Of a stretch of DNA of 64,000 nucleotides, positions 59,683-64,000 are shown piece by piece. A program made the translations under genes and the position numbers. The DNA lies in NCBI GenBank assembly GCA_050953065.1, contig JBMNLZ010000001.1, positions 192,001-256,000 of the forward strand. The letters run 5' to 3'. Every line of letters starts with the position of its first letter. Position 1 is the stretch's first letter. Below the pieces are notes generated by a model. It was not told the origin of the DNA and searched no databases. It was given only the letters and a program-made list of their open reading frames with translations. The DNA is from Bacilli bacterium (lineage in GTDB: Bacteria > Bacillota_I > Bacilli_A > ML615J-28 > CAG-698).

Positions 59683-60879
59683 TTATTCTCCTTTAATAGT
59701 GCTATCAACGATAGCTCCTGGTAATACTTTTGCTTTTGATTCTACTTCTACAAAACTGCCTATTACAGTTATTTTATTTGTTTCTTCTTTTGGCGCTCCC
59801 ACTATAGCTTTTTTACCAATTATTACATCTTGATCTACAATACTATAGTTTACAACTGCACCACTTTCAATTATAGTATTTTCAAAAATTACACTATCTT
59901 TAACAACAGCCCCCTTAGCAACCTTAACATTACATGAAAGCAATGAATTTATAACAGTTCCCTCGACCAAGCAACCTTCAGTAATTAAAGAATTTTCTAT
60001 CGTGCTACTCTCACCAATAAATTGTGGAGGATATGCATCATTTCTTGAAAGGATTCTCCAATTTGAATCTTGTAAGTTAACTTCAGAATTAACGCCTAAT
60101 AAGTCCATGTTAGCTTCCCATAAACTCGTAATTGTACCTACATCTCTCCAATAGCCTTGGAAAGTATATGCATATAAATTAAGTCCATCTTTTAGCATTT
60201 TTGGAATTATATTTTTACCAAAGTCATTATCTGATGTTACATCATTTTCATCTTCTTCTAAATACTTATACATTACATCAGCTGAAAAAATATAAACTCC
60301 CATTGATGCTTTTGTGCTTTTTGGTTTTTTAGGTTTTTCTTCAAACTCATTTATTTTCATATTTGCGTCGGTATTCATAATTCCGAATCTACTTGCTTCA
60401 CTTAAAGGAACATCAATTACTGCAATTGTACAGTCAGCTTTATTTGCTTTATGGAATCTAAGCATTTTACTATAATCCATTTTATAAATATGGTCTCCAG
60501 ATAATATCAAAACATATTCAGGATTATATCTGCGAATAAAATTAATATTTTGATATATAGCATTAGCCGTTCCTTTATACCAGTCTGTTTTATCTTTTCC
60601 TTGATAAGGAGATAGAATATGCACACCTCCAAAAACTCTATCTAAGTCCCATGGTTGTCCATTTCCTATATAATCATTCAATATTAAAGGTTGATACTGA
60701 GTTAAAACTCCGACAGTATCAATATTTGAATGAATACAATTTGATAAAGGGAAATCAATAATTCGGTACTTTGCACCAAATGAAACGGCTGGTTTAGCAA
60801 GCCTATTAGTAAGTACAAGTAATCTACTTCCTTGTCCACCTGCTAAAAGCATCGCTACACATTCTTTTTTATTTAACAT
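59683..60879 (-). CDS. glgC: Glucose-1-phosphate adenylyltransferase
   Basis: [32 protein letters not shown] and YWRDVGT motifs. Confidence 0.97.
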   Translation of the reverse strand: MLNKKECVAMLLAGGQGSRLLVLTNRLAKPAVSFGAKYRIIDFPLSNCIHSNIDTVGVLTQYQPLILNDYIGNGQPWDLDRVFGGVHILSPYQGKDKTDWYKGTANAIYQNINFIRRYNPEYVLILSGDHIYKMDYSKMLRFHKANKADCTIAVIDVPLSEASRFGIMNTDANMKINEFEEKPKKPKSTKASMGVYIFSADVMYKYLEEDENDVTSDNDFGKNIIPKMLKDGLNLYAYTFQGYWRDVGTITSLWEANMDLLGVNSEVNLQDSNWRILSRNDAYPPQFIGESSTIENSLITEGCLVEGTVINSLLSCNVKVAKGAVVKDSVIFENTIIESGAVVNYSIVDQDVIIGKKAIVGAPKEETNKITVIGSFVEVESKAKVLPGAIVDSTIKGE

Positions 60880-60926
60880 ACATTTTTTTCACATGTACTT
60901 TTGTACATGTGACTCTCCTTTCAATT
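60880..60926 (-). promoter_or_regulatory. Shine-Dalgarno separated from the glgC start by a 10-bp hairpin
   Basis: Minus strand reads AATTGAAAGGAGAG-[TCACATGTAC AAAA GTACATGTGA]-AAAAAATGT-ATG. Confidence 0.6.
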
Positions 60927-60930
60927 ATTT

Positions 60931-62790
60931 TTATATTTTTTTAAATATTACTATAGATAAAGCTGGTATTGTAATCGAAATTGAAGTATCAAAACCATGA
61001 ATTGAGAAGTTTTGTGTAGAAATAACTTTTGTATTTAGATGACCATAGCCACCATACTTTACATCATCACTATTAAAAACTTCTTTATATTTCCCCGCTG
61101 GAACCCCTAAAAAATAATTTTCACAATTAAGTCCTGAAAAATTGATAGCTATTACTAATTCATCTTTATTTTTATTTATTCTACGATAACTAATACAGTT
61201 ATTATTACTATCATCACAAGCTATCCATTTAAAACCATCCCATGAATAATCATCTTCCCACAAGCAGTTATTACTTAAATAGAACTTATTCAAATTTTTA
61301 ACGTAAGTTTGCATTTCTTTATGAGCTTCATATTGAAGTAATAACCAATCGATTTCTTTACTATGATCCCATTCAATAAATTGTCCAAATTCTTGACCCA
61401 TAAACAATAATTTCTTTCCTGGGTGTGTCATCATATATCCTAAAAAAGCTCTTAAATTAGCAAATTTTTGTTCGTATGTTCCTGGCATTTTATCCAACAA
61501 AGATTTTTTACCATGTACTACCTCATCGTGAGAGATAGGTAATATAAAGTTCTCACTAAATGCATAATGTAAAGAAAAAGTTAATTTATTATGTTCATAT
61601 TTTCTAAAAATCGGGTCAGTTTGAAAATAACGTAAAACATCATTCATCCATCCCATATTCCATTTAAAATTAAATCCTAAACCATTTAAATAAACTGGCT
61701 TAGTTACATTTGCAAAATCCGTAGACTCCTCGGCAATCATCATTACATTTGGATAATATTTAAATACCTCTGTGTTTAAAGTTTTAAAAAAATCAATAGC
61801 TTCTAAATTATGATTCCCACCAAAAACATTTGGTCGCCACTCTTTTCTATCATAATCTAGATATAACATAGATGCTACTGCATCAACTCTTAAACCATCT
61901 ATATGAAATTTATCAAACAAAAACATAGCATTTGATATTAAAAATGATTTAACTTCACATCTTGCATAATTAAAAACTCTAGTCCCCCAAGTTTTATGTT
62001 CCATTTTTAAAGGATCAGAATATTCATAAACATAAGAACCATCAAATTCACATAAACCATGTTCATCCTTTGGAAAATGAGCCGGAACCCAATCCATAAT
62101 TACACCAATGCCATTTTGATGTGCTATATCAACAAATTCCATAAATTCGATTGGCAAGCCATATCTAGAAGTAATACTATAATAGCCAGTAACTTGATAT
62201 CCCCACGAGCCATCATAAGGATATTCCATTAATGGCATAACCTCAACATGAGTATAACCCATTTGTTTAACATACGGAATTAACTCTTCAGCCATTTTTT
62301 TATAGTCAAAATAATCATTTGACTTAAAACGACGCCAAGAACCAAAATGTACTTCATAAATATTAATCGGTTTTTGAAAAATTGAATTACTAGCTCTCGA
62401 TTTCATCCATTCATAATCATTCCAGTGATATTGATCCAAATTATAAATCTTTGAACATGTAGCACCTCTGGTTTCGTTATGAAAACTATATGGGTCTTGT
62501 TTGTATAATTTTTTATTTTTTGATTCTATTGCGTATTTATAATTATCAAACTCTCTTAGTCCTTCTATCTTTATCTCCCATAGCCCTTCGTTAGTTATTT
62601 TTTTCATAACGTTAGTATTTTCATTCCAACCATTAAAATCACCAACTACTGAAACTTTATAAGCATTTGGAGCAAACACTCTAAAGATAGTTTTACTAAC
62701 TCCATCTTCTTCTGCAATATGCGCACCTAAATATTTATATGCATCAACTACATAATTATGATGAAAATTATTTGTAAAGTTAGTATCCAT
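60931..62790 (-). CDS. glgB: 1,4-alpha-glucan branching enzyme
   Basis: SWGYQ, DWVPAHF, GLRVDAV, AEEST and SHDEVVHGK motifs. Confidence 0.97.
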   Translation of the reverse strand: MDTNFTNNFHHNYVVDAYKYLGAHIAEEDGVSKTIFRVFAPNAYKVSVVGDFNGWNENTNVMKKITNEGLWEIKIEGLREFDNYKYAIESKNKKLYKQDPYSFHNETRGATCSKIYNLDQYHWNDYEWMKSRASNSIFQKPINIYEVHFGSWRRFKSNDYFDYKKMAEELIPYVKQMGYTHVEVMPLMEYPYDGSWGYQVTGYYSITSRYGLPIEFMEFVDIAHQNGIGVIMDWVPAHFPKDEHGLCEFDGSYVYEYSDPLKMEHKTWGTRVFNYARCEVKSFLISNAMFLFDKFHIDGLRVDAVASMLYLDYDRKEWRPNVFGGNHNLEAIDFFKTLNTEVFKYYPNVMMIAEESTDFANVTKPVYLNGLGFNFKWNMGWMNDVLRYFQTDPIFRKYEHNKLTFSLHYAFSENFILPISHDEVVHGKKSLLDKMPGTYEQKFANLRAFLGYMMTHPGKKLLFMGQEFGQFIEWDHSKEIDWLLLQYEAHKEMQTYVKNLNKFYLSNNCLWEDDYSWDGFKWIACDDSNNNCISYRRINKNKDELVIAINFSGLNCENYFLGVPAGKYKEVFNSDDVKYGGYGHLNTKVISTQNFSIHGFDTSISITIPALSIVIFKKI

Positions 62791-62808
62791 AATCCACCTC
62801 TTTTACTT

Positions 62809-62837
62809 ATTATATTATAGTTTTGCATTTTTTACAA
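62809..62837 (-). promoter_or_regulatory. Promoter of the glg operon
   Basis: TTGTAA-17-TATAAT. Confidence 0.6.
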
Positions 62838-62864
62838 CTAAAAAAACGAGCTTTTACACTTTTC

Positions 62865-64000
62865 TTACGCAAAGCAACTTTCACCTATAAATTCTCTTAA
62901 TAAAGAATTGCACGGAACCAATTTATCATCTATATCTTTAAAATACTTTAAAAACTTAACCAATCTATTGGCAGAAACAAAATATTTATCTGATCTATTA
63001 ATAGATTCTAATACAGGAAGTGCATATTTTTTGATAACACATAGTTCATAAGTTAATTCAGTATTAAAAATATAATCAGCTGTTTCTTGCCATGGATAAA
63101 TCCATCTGAATTCTCCTCTTCTAACTGAAGACCACATCGAAAATGTTGCACTAGGGTGTGTTTTTCTAAATTTTTCATCTCTGACAATTCTTCTTAACAT
63201 TCTTATATCCGTAGCATTTATTGGATTATGATTATCTATATTTATTTGAGATAATGGACTTATATATATTTTAAACTTTTGATGTTTAGGAATTGAAGCA
63301 GTTAACTCTTCATTTAAAGCATGAATTCCTTCAATTATTATTGGTTGATTACTTTTAATTCTAACTTTCTTACCTTTTACTCTTTTTCCACTTACAAAAT
63401 CAAATTTAGGTAATTCCACATCCTCCCCCTTAATCAAAGATAATAAATCATTATTAAACTTTTCAACATCTAAGGCATGTAAATGTTCTAAATCAGGTTT
63501 CCCGTGTTCATCAAGTGGAGCTAAATTTCGATCTAAATAATAATCATCCATAGAAATCTTAATAGGTTTAATCCCCCTAGTCATAAGTTCAATTCTTAAT
63601 CTATTAGAAAAAGTAGTTTTTCCAGATGAAGATGGACCAGCAATTGCAATAATTCTAATATTATCAATATTATCTTTAATTTTCATACCTAAATCAGCTA
63701 ACATATTATTATGCTTTGTTTCGCATAAGTTAACCAAATCAACCATATTATTATTATTTATATATTTATTTAATTTAGGAATAGTATTACAATCCATATC
63801 ATCAGACCATTTTTGAGCATCTACTAACATCTTACCAAAAATAGGCGAATCTTCAAAAGGAGGAATTTCACCCTTTGCTTCAGCTCTTGGAAACTGCACT
63901 ATAAAATTTGAACCATACATTTTAAGTTTGTATTTTTTTAAATATCCAGTAGAAGCAACCATATAACCAAACATATAATTTTCATACCCATCACATTCAT
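62865..64000 (-). CDS. Uridine/nucleoside kinase family protein, long form (5' end beyond the window)
   Basis: AGPSSSGKTT, SMDDYY, IIEGIHALN and RRIVRD motifs. The frame stays open upstream of 63974 to the window edge (ECDGYENYMFG). Confidence 0.88.
   Translation of the reverse strand, partial: ECDGYENYMFGYMVASTGYLKKYKLKMYGSNFIVQFPRAEAKGEIPPFEDSPIFGKMLVDAQKWSDDMDCNTIPKLNKYINNNNMVDLVNLCETKHNNMLADLGMKIKDNIDNIRIIAIAGPSSSGKTTFSNRLRIELMTRGIKPIKISMDDYYLDRNLAPLDEHGKPDLEHLHALDVEKFNNDLLSLIKGEDVELPKFDFVSGKRVKGKKVRIKSNQPIIIEGIHALNEELTASIPKHQKFKIYISPLSQINIDNHNPINATDIRMLRRIVRDEKFRKTHPSATFSMWSSVRRGEFRWIYPWQETADYIFNTELTYELCVIKKYALPVLESINRSDKYFVSANRLVKFLKYFKDIDDKLVPCNSLLREFIGESCFA

Overview
A very AT-rich chromosomal segment that uses the standard genetic code (TGA is a stop). 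Nearly all genes lie on the minus strand. Gene content suggests a Bacilli/Mollicutes-related anaerobe (Acholeplasmatales- or Izemoplasmatales-like; inference): PolC, L27 with a Prp-cleaved extension, an Acholeplasma-type diglucosyl-DAG synthase, RnfC, and no dgkA in the phoH-ybeY-cdd-era-recO operon. Most of the window is housekeeping: hisS-aspS-tcdA, mutS2/rnhC, dinB, rplU-prp-rpmA-obgE, gap, polC and coaD. It also holds a complete ilvBNCD-leuA-cimA-leuCDB-ilvE operon divergent from cysK-cysE, a glgBCDAP plus GH13 glycogen operon, an ankyrin/HU/membrane-protein triplet, and a 799-aa surface lipoprotein with 192-bp tandem repeats. I found no tRNA, rRNA, CRISPR array, transposase or prophage. 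The most unusual signals are non-coding. Two unrelated operon-internal genes (leuB, glgC) share an identical 13-nt SD-containing motif that a perfect hairpin separates from the start codon. The ilv-leu leader has a terminator and a tiny Ile-Ile ORF but no T-box. All product calls come from motif recognition; no database searches were run.
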